From contig CAXXFK010000028.1 in assembly GCA_963663965.2 (NCBI GenBank), positions 128,001 through 192,000 of the forward strand: 64,000 bases of DNA. The letters run 5' to 3'. The DNA comes from Sedimentisphaerales bacterium (GTDB taxonomy: Bacteria > Planctomycetota > Phycisphaerae > Sedimentisphaerales > SM23-30). The notes under the pieces were generated by a model, which was given only the letters and a program-made list of their open reading frames with translations, was not told the origin of the DNA and did no database searches. A program made the position numbers and the translations under genes. Shown one piece after another: positions 22,986 to 33,638 of the stretch. Numbering within the stretch: the first letter of the stretch is position 1; the number at the start of each line of letters is the position of its first letter.

Positions 22986-23250
22986 TCTAATGGGTTTTGC
23001 TGGCAAGGATAAGTTGTGCGGCTATTTGGCAGTACCATCTTGTTCTGTTTTTTTCTGAATATAAATTTGAGGTCTATAACTGGAAGTGTTCGGTTATGGA
23101 CCTTTGTTTTTTCTGTCTTAAACACACATGTTTGCGGTTGTAAGAAGTTGTTGACTGATATATTTAATTTTACAGGTTAAAAAAGTCGATAACTAGTTAC
23201 CGGATAATGAAGTACAAATAATGTCCTATAGCATTGATTTTGAGGTTAAA

Positions 23251-24759
23251 ATGGCTAATAGTCGTATTAGAATTTCGGATATGAAAGATTTTGTAGGCCA
23301 GACTGTTGATATCAGCGGTTGGCTGTATAACTCCAGATCGGGCGGAAAGGTTCTGTTTCTGATCCTGAGAGATGGCTCAGGTTTGTGTCAGGCGATTCTG
23401 GAAAAGAACGATGATACTGCAGAGGCTTTTCAGCAGGTAAAACACCTGGGGCAGGAATCTTCTATTGTGGTAACTGGTCAGGTTCGTCAGGAGCCTCGTA
23501 GTGTTGGCGGCTATGAACTGGCTGTTTCAGGTGTAAAGGTTGTTCATTGTACGGAAGATTACCCTATTACCCATAAAAGTCATGGAATTGATTTTCTAAT
23601 GAAAAATCGCCATTTGCACCTGCGCAGCCAACGTCAGTGGGCGATTGCCCGTGTCAGGCATACTATAATTGATGCTATTAGGAATTATTTTAACGGTAAT
23701 GGCTTCATACTTGTAGATACTCCTATTTTTTCACCGGCCGCCGGTGAAGGTGAACAGAATTTATTCAATGTTGATTATTTTGGCGAAGAGGTAGCTTTAA
23801 GCCAAACAGGGCAGCTTTACCTTGAGGCAGCGGCTATGAGTCTTGGTAAAGCGTATTGTTTTGGACCTACCTTTAGGGCTGAAAAGAGTAAGACCAGAAG
23901 ACATCTTACCGAATTCTGGATGGTAGAGCCAGAAATGTGCTATATTGACCTGAATGATCTTATGGCTGTTGGAGAAGGCTTGCTGTGTGCTATTGTTAAT
24001 GCTTCACTGGAAAATTGTAAGCATGAGCTGGATATTTTAGGTAGGGATGTAACTGATCTGGAAAAGATCAAGCCGCCATTTAACCGGTTAAGCTATAAAG
24101 AAGCGGTTGATATGCTGCATAGCGATAAAGTTGCACAATGGATGGATTCGCAATTAGAGGAAAAGCAGAAAGAAGCCCAAAAGCTGCGTGAAGATCTGGA
24201 TTCATGGGATAAGGAACTTCAGCAGGGCGGAAAGCAGTGGAAGATCGATAATCTTACCAGACAGATAGCTGAAGGAAAAGAGCTACTGACTGATATTGAA
24301 GAGCAGCTTGTAAATATACCAAAGCATAAAGAACTTGCGGCTAATTTTAGATGGGGTAAGGACTTAGGAGGGTCAGATGAAACTATTATATCAATGCAGT
24401 TTGAGAATCCTGTATTTGTGCACAGGTACCCTAAAGAGGTAAAGGCATTCTACATGAAGCCGGATCCAGAAGATCCATCTGTGGTACTGAATTATGATTG
24501 CCTCGCACCTCAAGGGTATGGTGAGATCATTGGCGGTTCGATGCGAGAAGAAAGTTATGATTCTCTTTTAGCTAGAGTTAAGTCCCTTGGATATAATGTC
24601 GATGACTATCAATGGTACCTTGACCTGAGAAAGTACGGATCTGTGCCTCACGGCGGATTCGGTCTGGGAATAGAGAGAACTGTTGCCTGGATTACAGGTG
24701 TCAAGCATATCAGGGAATGTATTGCTTATCCAAGAATGATGGGCAGAATATATCCTTAA
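23251..24759 (+). CDS. asnS: Asparagine--tRNA ligase
   Basis: OB-fold FLILRDGSG; SQTGQLYLE, FGPTFRAEKSKTRRHLTEFWMVEPE, GEIIGGSMRE, YGSVPHGGFGLGIER. Confidence 0.96.
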   Translation: MANSRIRISDMKDFVGQTVDISGWLYNSRSGGKVLFLILRDGSGLCQAILEKNDDTAEAFQQVKHLGQESSIVVTGQVRQEPRSVGGYELAVSGVKVVHCTEDYPITHKSHGIDFLMKNRHLHLRSQRQWAIARVRHTIIDAIRNYFNGNGFILVDTPIFSPAAGEGEQNLFNVDYFGEEVALSQTGQLYLEAAAMSLGKAYCFGPTFRAEKSKTRRHLTEFWMVEPEMCYIDLNDLMAVGEGLLCAIVNASLENCKHELDILGRDVTDLEKIKPPFNRLSYKEAVDMLHSDKVAQWMDSQLEEKQKEAQKLREDLDSWDKELQQGGKQWKIDNLTRQIAEGKELLTDIEEQLVNIPKHKELAANFRWGKDLGGSDETIISMQFENPVFVHRYPKEVKAFYMKPDPEDPSVVLNYDCLAPQGYGEIIGGSMREESYDSLLARVKSLGYNVDDYQWYLDLRKYGSVPHGGFGLGIERTVAWITGVKHIRECIAYPRMMGRIYP

Positions 24760-25111
24760 TTTTGAGTTTAGGTTCCGGTATTCGTCCATATTTTTTTTGA
24801 CGATAATGTTGTAATATGGGTAAACTTTGATAAAAATAAGTGTTAATTTACTGTACAACGTGAAAAAAATATCAAAAATGTAGTTTATATGTTCTTGATT
24901 TATAATAGGTTATAATGTGTTTTTCTTTTTTTGCAGATTAATGTTTTATTAATTTGGATTTAGAGGTGAAATACCCTATTATTAAAGTATAAGATCTATA
25001 ACAGAAATTGCTTAGTCGTTCGTAAGTATTAAATAATATTGGGAGATTACTTGTGATAGCAAGTGACTTTTCAGTAAAGTAATTCTAAAGTAAGGAAAAT
25101 GGAGATTCAAT

Positions 25112-25552
25112 ATGAGATTACTTTCACTTGTAACAGTTTTACTTTTAGCAATAAGCTCCGGCTTAAATGCTGCAGCTATTACAGGGTCTAGCGACTCTGC
25201 CACAGGAAATTACAGCAGTTGTGAAACTTATACAAATTACGGCTCAGATAGCTGGATTGGATTTACTCTGACCCTAGATTCTGACGGTGCATTTGTAGAG
25301 TCTTCAATTACTGTAGCAGGCGATGTATTCACTGTGACTAGCTTCTCTGATACTGAAATAGTATTCGGTTCAGGCGTATTGTCACAGTATGAAACACTTC
25401 AGTTCTGCTATACAATTGGAGATGTACCGTTAACTAGTTATGGTACAACTTCTAGACCTGATGTAGTATTCACTCCTATGGTTCCAGAACCAGCCACTGT
25501 TTCTATTCTGGCTTTTGGTGCTCTAGGCTTGGCAAGAAGAAGATTCTGCTAA
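25112..25552 (+). CDS. PEP-CTERM sorting domain protein
   Basis: Signal peptide; C-terminal VPEPATVSILAFGALGLARRR. Confidence 0.9.
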   Translation: MRLLSLVTVLLLAISSGLNAAAITGSSDSATGNYSSCETYTNYGSDSWIGFTLTLDSDGAFVESSITVAGDVFTVTSFSDTEIVFGSGVLSQYETLQFCYTIGDVPLTSYGTTSRPDVVFTPMVPEPATVSILAFGALGLARRRFC

Positions 25553-25574
25553 TAGCGAGTAATTCAAGAAAAAT

Positions 25575-25604
25575 GGCCAGGTGACTTTCATCTGGCTTTT
25601 TTTT
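25575..25604 (+). terminator. Rho-independent terminator
   Basis: GGCCAGGTGA-ctt-TCATCTGGCT followed by a T-run. Confidence 0.7.
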
Positions 25605-25658
25605 ATGCGCATTTAGGTTAGGTGAATTGTTTTCTCTGTACCGGAGATGTAGGATAAT

Positions 25659-27008
25659 TTACTTATCTTTTTGTCTTTTAGACTGACTGATATACTCTTC
25701 CAGTTTCTGCAGATATTCTGCTATTTTGCTCTCTCTGCCATTTTGCGATGGAATATAGTATTTCTGATTGACATTGTCAGGCAGATACTGCTGTACTACA
25801 TAGTTTCCAGGGTAAGAGTGAGGGTATTTGTAATCCAGACCCCGGCCGAGTTTTTTTGCACCACTATAATGGGAATCTTTAAGGTGGGCTGGTACCTGTC
25901 CGGTTCTGCCTTTTTGTACATCTTGGACCGCAGTCATAATAGCACTGCTGCTGGCATTGCTTTTCGGGGCGCAGGCTATATATATGGCTGCTTGAGCCAG
26001 CGGGAGTTGTGCTTCCGGGAAACCGACAAAGTCGGCTATCTGGGCGGCTGAGGCTGCGAGAATTGTAGCGGTTGGGTCGGCATTGCCAACATCTTCAGCG
26101 GCACATACGCAGATCCTGCGGGCAATGAAACGAGGGTCTTCGCCGCCTGCAATAAGTCTGGCAAGCCAGTATACTGTGGCATCAGGGTCGCTGCCACGCA
26201 TTGATTTTTGCAGGGCACTTGCCAGGTCGTAATGGCTGTCACCGCTTCGGTCAGAGATAAGTGATTTTTTCTGGATAGATTCAGCTGCCATCTCAAGGTC
26301 GATTGTGATCTTTTTGTCAGGTTCAAATGCACTCTGACTTATAACTGCAACTTCCAGTGCGTTGAGAGCCTTACGAGCATCACCATCGCAGCGAATTGCG
26401 AAAAACTCCAGGGCTTCATCTGTTATCTCAGCGTTATACTTACCTAATCCTCTATCTTTATCAGATAGGGAATTTTTGAGAATGTTCTTTATATCATTTT
26501 CATTTAGCAGCTCAAACTCAAAAAGAGTGCTCCTGCTTACAAGAGCAGAATTAACAGAGAAAAATGGGTTTTCAGTTGTGGCACCAATAAGGATTATTGT
26601 GCCATTTTCAACGTCGGCCAGCAGTACATCCTGACGAGCTCTATTGAATCTATGGATCTCATCCAGAAGTAGTACAGTTCTTTTTCCTTCTGCCGCAAGC
26701 CTGTCGTGAGCTTCTCTGCAGACTGCTCTTATTTCTTCCACAGTAGCCGAGATTGCATTTTTGGCGACAAATTCAGCTGAGCTTTGCCTGGCTATTACAT
26801 ATGCCAGGGTGGTCTTACCGGTACCGGGCGGTCCATAGAAGATAAGGCTGCTTAGCCGGTCTGCTTTCAGCATTCTCCAAAGCAGTTTGCCGGGAGCCAG
26901 GAAATGGCTTTGGCCTGAAATCTGCTCAATTGTTTCTGGACGCATTCTTACCGACAAGGGCATGGCTGCGTTTATATTCTTTTGTTCAGCGTTATTAAAT
27001 AGGTCCAT
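25659..27008 (-). CDS. rarA: Replication-associated recombination protein A (MgsA/RarA AAA+ ATPase)
   Basis: PLSVRMRP, GPPGTGKTT, DEIHRFN, GATTENPFF, KSMRGSDPDA, YKYPH. Confidence 0.95.
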   Translation of the reverse strand: MDLFNNAEQKNINAAMPLSVRMRPETIEQISGQSHFLAPGKLLWRMLKADRLSSLIFYGPPGTGKTTLAYVIARQSSAEFVAKNAISATVEEIRAVCREAHDRLAAEGKRTVLLLDEIHRFNRARQDVLLADVENGTIILIGATTENPFFSVNSALVSRSTLFEFELLNENDIKNILKNSLSDKDRGLGKYNAEITDEALEFFAIRCDGDARKALNALEVAVISQSAFEPDKKITIDLEMAAESIQKKSLISDRSGDSHYDLASALQKSMRGSDPDATVYWLARLIAGGEDPRFIARRICVCAAEDVGNADPTATILAASAAQIADFVGFPEAQLPLAQAAIYIACAPKSNASSSAIMTAVQDVQKGRTGQVPAHLKDSHYSGAKKLGRGLDYKYPHSYPGNYVVQQYLPDNVNQKYYIPSQNGRESKIAEYLQKLEEYISQSKRQKDK

Positions 27009-27080
27009 CGGGTATAATGATATAATGAATTGCCGTATATCTCAACATTTGTATTAAGAATCTGTGAATATCGGCATTAT

Positions 27081-28178
27081 TTATTCAGAAATGACTATTC
27101 TAAAGCCGATGGTTTTGTCTCTTAGTATTGGGCTGGCATTGCTTCTATAATCAGATGTGCATTGTTCTGGACCACTTTGCCAGCTTCCGCCTTTGATAAC
27201 TCTGCTACCACCCACTTCAGGTCCGGCCGGGTCTTGGATAATGCTAATAGGGGGCCATGGCTCGGCTTTATACCAGTCTTTGCACCATTCCCAGGCATTG
27301 CCATACATGTCATACAGGCCATATAGGTTTGGCTTTTTGCTGCCAACCTTTTGTGAACTCAGCATATATCTATTGTTATACCAGGCGAAATCCTGCAGCA
27401 TGGTTTGCTCTGTCCCAAAGAACCATTTATCGAATTCAGAGGCTCCTCTGGAGGCTATTTCCCATTGTAGTTCAGTTGGCAAGCTATATCTGATACCATC
27501 AAAGTCGCTAAGCCATTTACAGAACTTCAATATATCGTCATAGTTGACCATTACCACAGGTTTATCAAGGTCATTAAATGTATAATCTTCACTTAATTGG
27601 TAGCAATTGTAATTGTCTAAGATCAATGGTCTGGTTTCAGGCTCAATTTCCGATATATTAGTAACTTTAGGGTTAAAGTTCTTAGTGTTGTTCAGATAAT
27701 CAAGATATTGTCCCAGTGTTATCTCTGTCCTGCTTATCCAGAATCCTTTGGAGAGGACAAGGGTTACCTGTTTGTTCCTTGGCATCATTCCAGTTCTATC
27801 AACTACAGTTTTTTCAATTTGACCGTTGGGGACCCAGTTAAAAACAATGCCAGACTTTGCTGTGATTGATATTTCAATGCCATTGTTATAGAGTGTAACA
27901 GCTGTATCTTTGTCAACTTTTGGAATATGGTTAAGCATGTATTGAACGTTACGGCTTTTGTCTTCCAGAAGGCTTTTACAGTAATCTATTGTTGCCAGAT
28001 CGCCGGGAGTGCTGTTTAGTTTATCTGCCTGGTATTTCAATAGTATTTCTAATGGTGGTTGAGATACCTGCCCGAAACAGATATTAAATGAGAGAAATAA
28101 CATAAGGTAAAATGATAGCTGGAAACAGCTGGTTGATAATGTTTTTTTTAATATATGGTCCATAATATTACACCGCAA
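27081..28178 (-). CDS. Formylglycine-generating enzyme (SUMF1/FGE-sulfatase) domain protein
   Basis: LPTELQWE..SRG, PNLYGLYDMYGNAWEWC, RVIKGGSW, IGFR. Confidence 0.88.
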   Translation of the reverse strand: MRCNIMDHILKKTLSTSCFQLSFYLMLFLSFNICFGQVSQPPLEILLKYQADKLNSTPGDLATIDYCKSLLEDKSRNVQYMLNHIPKVDKDTAVTLYNNGIEISITAKSGIVFNWVPNGQIEKTVVDRTGMMPRNKQVTLVLSKGFWISRTEITLGQYLDYLNNTKNFNPKVTNISEIEPETRPLILDNYNCYQLSEDYTFNDLDKPVVMVNYDDILKFCKWLSDFDGIRYSLPTELQWEIASRGASEFDKWFFGTEQTMLQDFAWYNNRYMLSSQKVGSKKPNLYGLYDMYGNAWEWCKDWYKAEPWPPISIIQDPAGPEVGGSRVIKGGSWQSGPEQCTSDYRSNASPILRDKTIGFRIVISE

Positions 28179-28405
28179 TCCTTTTAGTGGTTAATATACC
28201 TGATATTATATTTTATCTATATTTCAAATCAAGGTTTATAGCAGTTTTATGTAGTTTAAGTTGAATACTGAACCTGACCGATACTAATTAAGTAGAAATA
28301 TAAGATATATGATTATACAAAACGGTATGGTACGGTATTTGCTTTAAGTATAATTATGAATGTGTGCTAGTGTAAGTTATTTATTTCTAATTATTTATAT
28401 ATATT

Positions 28406-31135
28406 ATGGCTGAAAAGAAAACACAAAAACGTATAAAAAAGAAAGAACAACCTGCGGAAAAGTCAGAAATAGAAGTATCTGATGCGACTGAACCTGCCAT
28501 TGAGGCAGATGCCGCTAAGAAAGATTCTGAAACTAACCAGGGATCTGTGAAAAAAGAACCAGATTTTGATATTTTTAATATGACATGTCAGGTTGACACT
28601 TCAGATAGTGATATTGAAGATGTTGATATTTCTAAAAATGTTATCGAAAATGGTAATATCACTGCAGTTGTAGTGAAAAAAGATATGTCTCTTGCTGCAA
28701 AGAAAAACGAAGATAAAGAAAATGCAGAAAGCGGCGTAGATGATCATATAGATGATATCCACAGATATGTTATTCCATCTCGAATTGGTATTATGGCATT
28801 GCGAAATGTTGTTCTGTTTCCGGGCATAGTCGTGCCGTTGGGGGTAGGCAGGCCGCAAAGTCAGGCATTGCTCAAAGAACTTGATGCACAACCTGGTACC
28901 GATAAGGTTTTTGCTGTCGTTACTCAGGTTGATCCTGATATTGACAATCCCGGCTTTGATGATGTCTATGCTGTTGGTACAATTGTGGCTGTATTAAAAA
29001 CTATCAATATGCCGGATGGTAATAAGACAGTAGTAGTTCATGGTCTGATGAGATTCAGGGTCAAAAACTGGATTACCAGCGAGCCTTATCTTCAGGCTGA
29101 AATTGAACCATTGCCGCCAAAGAGAAATGATAAGTCATTGGAACTGGAAGCCCAGATAAATAATGTCAATAATATGGCTGAGAGAATTCTGCAGCTATCG
29201 CCTAATATTCCGGAAGAAGTTCAGGTTATTATGCAGAATATTGATGATCCAGGGCCATTGGCCGATTTTCTGGCGGGTAATATCCATTTCTCTCAGGAAG
29301 AGAAACAGGGGGTATTGGAAGCAATCGAAATCAAGTCCAGGCTTAATAAACTTTCTGTCGCTATGGCAAACCAGCTGGAGATGCTGGAACTGAGTGAGAA
29401 GATCCAGAGCAAGGTTCATCAGGCGATCGACAAGAACCAGCGTGAATATTATCTGCAGGAGCAGTTAAAAGCTATTCAGAAAGAGCTGGGACAGGATGAT
29501 GGCAGCTCTTCAGAGGTTATTGAGCTGGAAGAAAAGATCCGTACTGCCTGTATGCCTCAGAAGGTTGAACAGGAAGCAGAACGTGAGCTTCAGAGATTAC
29601 GCCAGATACCGGTGATGAGCCCAGAGTTCAGCGTTTTAAGTAATTATTTGGAATGGCTGTGTGAATTGCCTTGGTCAGAGAGCACCGAAGATAATTTGAA
29701 TATTACCAGGGCCAGACGTGTTCTGAATGCCGACCATTTTGGACTGCATAAGGTAAAGAAACGTATCTTAGAATTTCTGGCCGTGCGCAAGCTTAATCCG
29801 GAAGGAAGAAGTCCTATTCTTTGTTTTGCCGGCCCTCCAGGTGTTGGTAAAACATCTCTTGGCCAGAGTATTGCCAAGAGTATGGGGCGAAAATTCATTA
29901 GAATGTCGCTTGGCGGCATAAGAGATGAAGCAGATATTCGTGGACATAGAAGGACATATATTGGTTCTCTGCCGGGCAGGATAATGCAGGAGATTCGTAA
30001 GTGCGGTAGTAATAATCCGGTATTTATGCTGGATGAGCTGGATAAGATCGGAGCTGATTTCAGGGGTGACCCGGCATCTGCTCTGCTGGAGGTACTCGAC
30101 CCGCAGCAGAATAATACATTTACAGATCACTTTATCGATCAGCCTTTTGACCTGTCGCGTGTTATGTTCATTGGAACAGCAAACTATATGGAAGCTGTTC
30201 CGCACGCTCTAAAGGACAGGCTTGAAGTTATTTATATACCTGGCTATACAGCACAGGAAAAACTTAATATCGCCAGAAAGTATCTGGTTCCTCGTCAGAT
30301 GAAGGAAAATGGTCTGAATGACAAGACCTTTGACATTAAGGATGAGGCTCTTGAGAAAGTTATTGATAAGTATACCAGGGAGTCTGGTGTGCGTAACCTT
30401 GAGAGAGAGATTGCGACCGTCTGTCGTTCGGTTGCTGCTGAGATAGCTGAAGAGAAGAGAAAGTCTGCTAAGATCGGCATACGCCATATTGCAGATATTC
30501 TTGGCCCGGAACGCTACGAATCAGAAGTTGCCCTGCGTACCAGTACTCCTGGTGTTTGTACCGGGCTTGCATACACTCCGGTTGGTGGTGAGATATTATT
30601 TATCGAGTCTACCTTGTTGCCGGGTAAAGGTCAGCTGATACTTACCGGACAGCTTGGCGATGTCATGAAAGAGTCTGCTCGTGCAGCTTTGAGTTTCCTT
30701 AAGAGTATGGCACTGGATGCCAAGGCCAGAAGAGTTGAGCCATTTGCTACACTTAAGGATATTCTATGCGATACAGAGACAATGGACCGTAGAGACATCC
30801 ATGTGCATGTGCCGGCTGGCGCGGTGCCAAAGGATGGGCCATCGGCTGGTTTAGCTATGTTTACTTCTATTGCTTCTTTGCTTACCGGAATACCTGTTCG
30901 CAGCGATGTTGCCATGACAGGTGAGATAACACTACGAGGACTTGCTATGCCAATCGGCGGCTTAAAGGAAAAACTGCTGGCCGCTAAAGAAGCTGGTATC
31001 AAAACTGTGATCTTGCCAGAGCGGAATAAAAAGGACCTGGCTGAAGTGCCGAAAGAGGTCACTAAGTCCCTGATCTTCCATTTTGTGAAAAATGCAGACC
31101 AGGTACTGAAGCTTGCTTTAGATATGGATAAGTAG
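28406..31135 (+). CDS. lon: ATP-dependent Lon protease
   Basis: LON_N VLFPG; GPPGVGKTS; RGHRRTYIG; LDELDK; catalytic PKDGPSAG and GGLKEK. Confidence 0.97.
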   Translation: MAEKKTQKRIKKKEQPAEKSEIEVSDATEPAIEADAAKKDSETNQGSVKKEPDFDIFNMTCQVDTSDSDIEDVDISKNVIENGNITAVVVKKDMSLAAKKNEDKENAESGVDDHIDDIHRYVIPSRIGIMALRNVVLFPGIVVPLGVGRPQSQALLKELDAQPGTDKVFAVVTQVDPDIDNPGFDDVYAVGTIVAVLKTINMPDGNKTVVVHGLMRFRVKNWITSEPYLQAEIEPLPPKRNDKSLELEAQINNVNNMAERILQLSPNIPEEVQVIMQNIDDPGPLADFLAGNIHFSQEEKQGVLEAIEIKSRLNKLSVAMANQLEMLELSEKIQSKVHQAIDKNQREYYLQEQLKAIQKELGQDDGSSSEVIELEEKIRTACMPQKVEQEAERELQRLRQIPVMSPEFSVLSNYLEWLCELPWSESTEDNLNITRARRVLNADHFGLHKVKKRILEFLAVRKLNPEGRSPILCFAGPPGVGKTSLGQSIAKSMGRKFIRMSLGGIRDEADIRGHRRTYIGSLPGRIMQEIRKCGSNNPVFMLDELDKIGADFRGDPASALLEVLDPQQNNTFTDHFIDQPFDLSRVMFIGTANYMEAVPHALKDRLEVIYIPGYTAQEKLNIARKYLVPRQMKENGLNDKTFDIKDEALEKVIDKYTRESGVRNLEREIATVCRSVAAEIAEEKRKSAKIGIRHIADILGPERYESEVALRTSTPGVCTGLAYTPVGGEILFIESTLLPGKGQLILTGQLGDVMKESARAALSFLKSMALDAKARRVEPFATLKDILCDTETMDRRDIHVHVPAGAVPKDGPSAGLAMFTSIASLLTGIPVRSDVAMTGEITLRGLAMPIGGLKEKLLAAKEAGIKTVILPERNKKDLAEVPKEVTKSLIFHFVKNADQVLKLALDMDK

Positions 31136-31190
31136 GCATACTAACATCTGCTAATTTCTGGCAATTTAACTAGTTTATAGCTTTAAAATG

Positions 31191-31224
31191 AAAAAGTCCC
31201 TGTTTTTGGCAGGGACTTTTTTTT
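31191..31224. terminator. Bidirectional rho-independent terminator
   Basis: AAAAAGTCCCTG...CAGGGACTTTTT between convergent lon and the glycyl radical gene. Confidence 0.85.
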
Positions 31225-31244
31225 GTAGTAATAAAGATGCAGTT

Positions 31245-33608
31245 TTAAAGTGTCTGTTGTTCTGTTCTCATGATGATCTCATTTTGCAGACCTTCGCCAA
31301 GTCCGACAAAGTAGTCACTATAGCCGGCAACTCTGACAATCAGATCGCGATACTGGTCTGGACTTTTTTGTGCCTTTCTTAGTGTTTCTGCATTGATCAC
31401 ATTAAATTGAATATGGTGACCTTTCATCTGGAAATAGCTTCTGATCAAAGGCATAAGTTTTTCGATATTGCCATTTTCAAATATCTGTGGACTGAACTTC
31501 ATATTCAGCAGGGTGCCGCCAGTTCTACAGTGGTCAATCCTGGCCGCTGATTTAATTACAGCTGTAGGTCCTTGCCTGTCAGATCCCTGGGTTGGCGATA
31601 TGCCGTCAGAAAGTGCTACGCCAGCCTTACGGCCATTTGGCAGGGCACCGGTAACTTCGCCAAAGTAGATGTGACAGGTTGTTGGCAGCAGGTTAACGCC
31701 GTATTTGCCGCCTTTTGTATTAGGCCTGCCATTGAAGGCATTGTAATAAACTTCAAACAGGTCCTGGGTAATAGAATCTGCTTCCGCATCATCATTACCA
31801 TAGCAAGGAGTTTTATTGAGCAGCGTCTGTCTCATGATCTCGTTACCTTCGAAATCCTCTGAGAGTGCTTTTCTCAGTTCAGCCATAGTCCATTTTTTGT
31901 CTTCAAAGATATGAGTCTTAATGGCACTGAAGCAGTCAGTTGCAATGCCAAGTCCAACACCCTGAATATAAGACATATTATAGCGAGGGCCACCATTATG
32001 GTAGTCAAGCCCTTTATCAATACAGTCATCCACCAGCAGTGACATATATGGTACCGGGTAGTTTTCTGCATATATTCTTTCAATGGTGCTGTTGCCTTCT
32101 ATCTTTACATCAACGAAAAACTGCATTTGCTTTTTATATGCTTCAAGCAGTTGTTCATAGCTGGTGAAGTTGTCAGGATCACCTGTCTGTAAGCCAAGCT
32201 GAATACCTGTATTTGGATCTACACCATTGTTGAGTACCAGTTCCAGTATCTTGGGCCAGTTCATATAGCCGGTTAGAGTACAGCTTTCTTTACCAAAGGC
32301 ACTTGTTTCAACACAGCCGCTTGGCCCGCCGTCACGAGCATCTTCAATTGTTTTACCGTGATTGAGCTGTTCCTGAACAATTGTTTCAGAGTTAAAGCAT
32401 GATGGCTGGCCGATACCTATTTTGATAACTTCACATGCCCGTTTAAGGAAGCTATCCGGGTTGAGCTTGCTAAGCTGGATACATGAGCTAGGCTGGGTAA
32501 GCTTCATTTCCTTGACGGTATCGAGTACCATAAATGATATATCGTTTACGCAATCGTTTCCCTCTTTGTCCAGACCTCCGACATTAATAAGGGAGAAGTC
32601 GGTATAGGTAGCGCTTTGTTCTTCGGTAACACCTACTTTTGGTGGGGAAGGGTGATTGTTAAATTTAACCCAGAAACACTGCAGAAGTTCGCGTGCTTTT
32701 TCTTCAGTAAGTATGCCGCTTTCAATATCCGACTTGTAGAATGGGTATAAATGGCGATCCAGACGGCCTGGGTTGTATGAGTCCCATGGATTGGTTTCTG
32801 AGATCACACCCAGGTGGATAAACCAGTACATCTGCAGGGCTTCATGAAAATTTCTTGGTGGGTTAGCCGGCACATGAGCACATATTTCAGCTATTTTCTG
32901 GAGTTCATCTTTACGCTGAGGGTCGGTTTCGGCCGTCGCCAACTCAGCAGCTTTCTGTGAGTATCTGCTGGCAAATGTCATGATAGCATCTGCTGAGATA
33001 TCCATAGCCTGCAGTTCAATATCCTTTTCTTTGTCTGCCGGATCGTTGATGTCTAGCTTTTCACGAGCTGCCGCGATCTTATTTTTAAGGTCCAGCATCC
33101 CCAGTCTGTAAATCTTATCGTCAGAAATAGCGTGTCCTGGGCTGCGTTGCTCCATAAACTCTGTATAGATGCCGGCTTCGAAAGCTTCTTTCCATTTTGG
33201 AGTCATAGCGGCAAAAACTTTTTCACGGATGGTTTTGCCTTTATCTGCCCAGAAAGGGATTATTGTGTCCTGATAAATGCTAATAGTATCAGTATTAACT
33301 CTGAATGGATTCTTAATTCTTGTATTAAGTACTTCCAGATCTGCTATATCGTGGCAACAGAGTTCCGGGTAAGTTGAAACTGCTCTCGGTGCGCTGCCTC
33401 TTTCACCAACGATCAATTCATATTCACCAATACAGACTGTCTTTTTCTGCATAAGATTCAGGAAGTTTCCAGCTCTTAGCAGGGCAGGAGGAAGCGTTCC
33501 TTCGTGCTCTTTGTAATATTCTGTAACTATTTGAGCACGCTCAGGACAGATATATGGCTCAGTTTCAACTGATTGGGTACGAAGTCTATCTACTCTTTCA
33601 TTTATCAT
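31245..33608 (-). CDS. hypD: Glycyl radical enzyme, trans-4-hydroxy-L-proline dehydratase-like
   Basis: Gly loop RVAGYSDYF; Cys loop SGCVE; HypD-type motifs EFMEQRSPGH, WDSYNPGR, S-x-TYTDF, LTGY and LPTTCH, compared from memory with C. difficile HypD. GGAG before ATG 33608. Confidence 0.82.
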   Translation of the reverse strand: MINERVDRLRTQSVETEPYICPERAQIVTEYYKEHEGTLPPALLRAGNFLNLMQKKTVCIGEYELIVGERGSAPRAVSTYPELCCHDIADLEVLNTRIKNPFRVNTDTISIYQDTIIPFWADKGKTIREKVFAAMTPKWKEAFEAGIYTEFMEQRSPGHAISDDKIYRLGMLDLKNKIAAAREKLDINDPADKEKDIELQAMDISADAIMTFASRYSQKAAELATAETDPQRKDELQKIAEICAHVPANPPRNFHEALQMYWFIHLGVISETNPWDSYNPGRLDRHLYPFYKSDIESGILTEEKARELLQCFWVKFNNHPSPPKVGVTEEQSATYTDFSLINVGGLDKEGNDCVNDISFMVLDTVKEMKLTQPSSCIQLSKLNPDSFLKRACEVIKIGIGQPSCFNSETIVQEQLNHGKTIEDARDGGPSGCVETSAFGKESCTLTGYMNWPKILELVLNNGVDPNTGIQLGLQTGDPDNFTSYEQLLEAYKKQMQFFVDVKIEGNSTIERIYAENYPVPYMSLLVDDCIDKGLDYHNGGPRYNMSYIQGVGLGIATDCFSAIKTHIFEDKKWTMAELRKALSEDFEGNEIMRQTLLNKTPCYGNDDAEADSITQDLFEVYYNAFNGRPNTKGGKYGVNLLPTTCHIYFGEVTGALPNGRKAGVALSDGISPTQGSDRQGPTAVIKSAARIDHCRTGGTLLNMKFSPQIFENGNIEKLMPLIRSYFQMKGHHIQFNVINAETLRKAQKSPDQYRDLIVRVAGYSDYFVGLGEGLQNEIIMRTEQQTL

Positions 33609-33638
33609 AACAATACTCCACACGTACAAATTCTTTTT

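Noticed and set aside
28406..28760. Charged N-terminal extension of Lon as a novel domain
   Set aside because: Low-complexity, probably disordered; such extensions are common.
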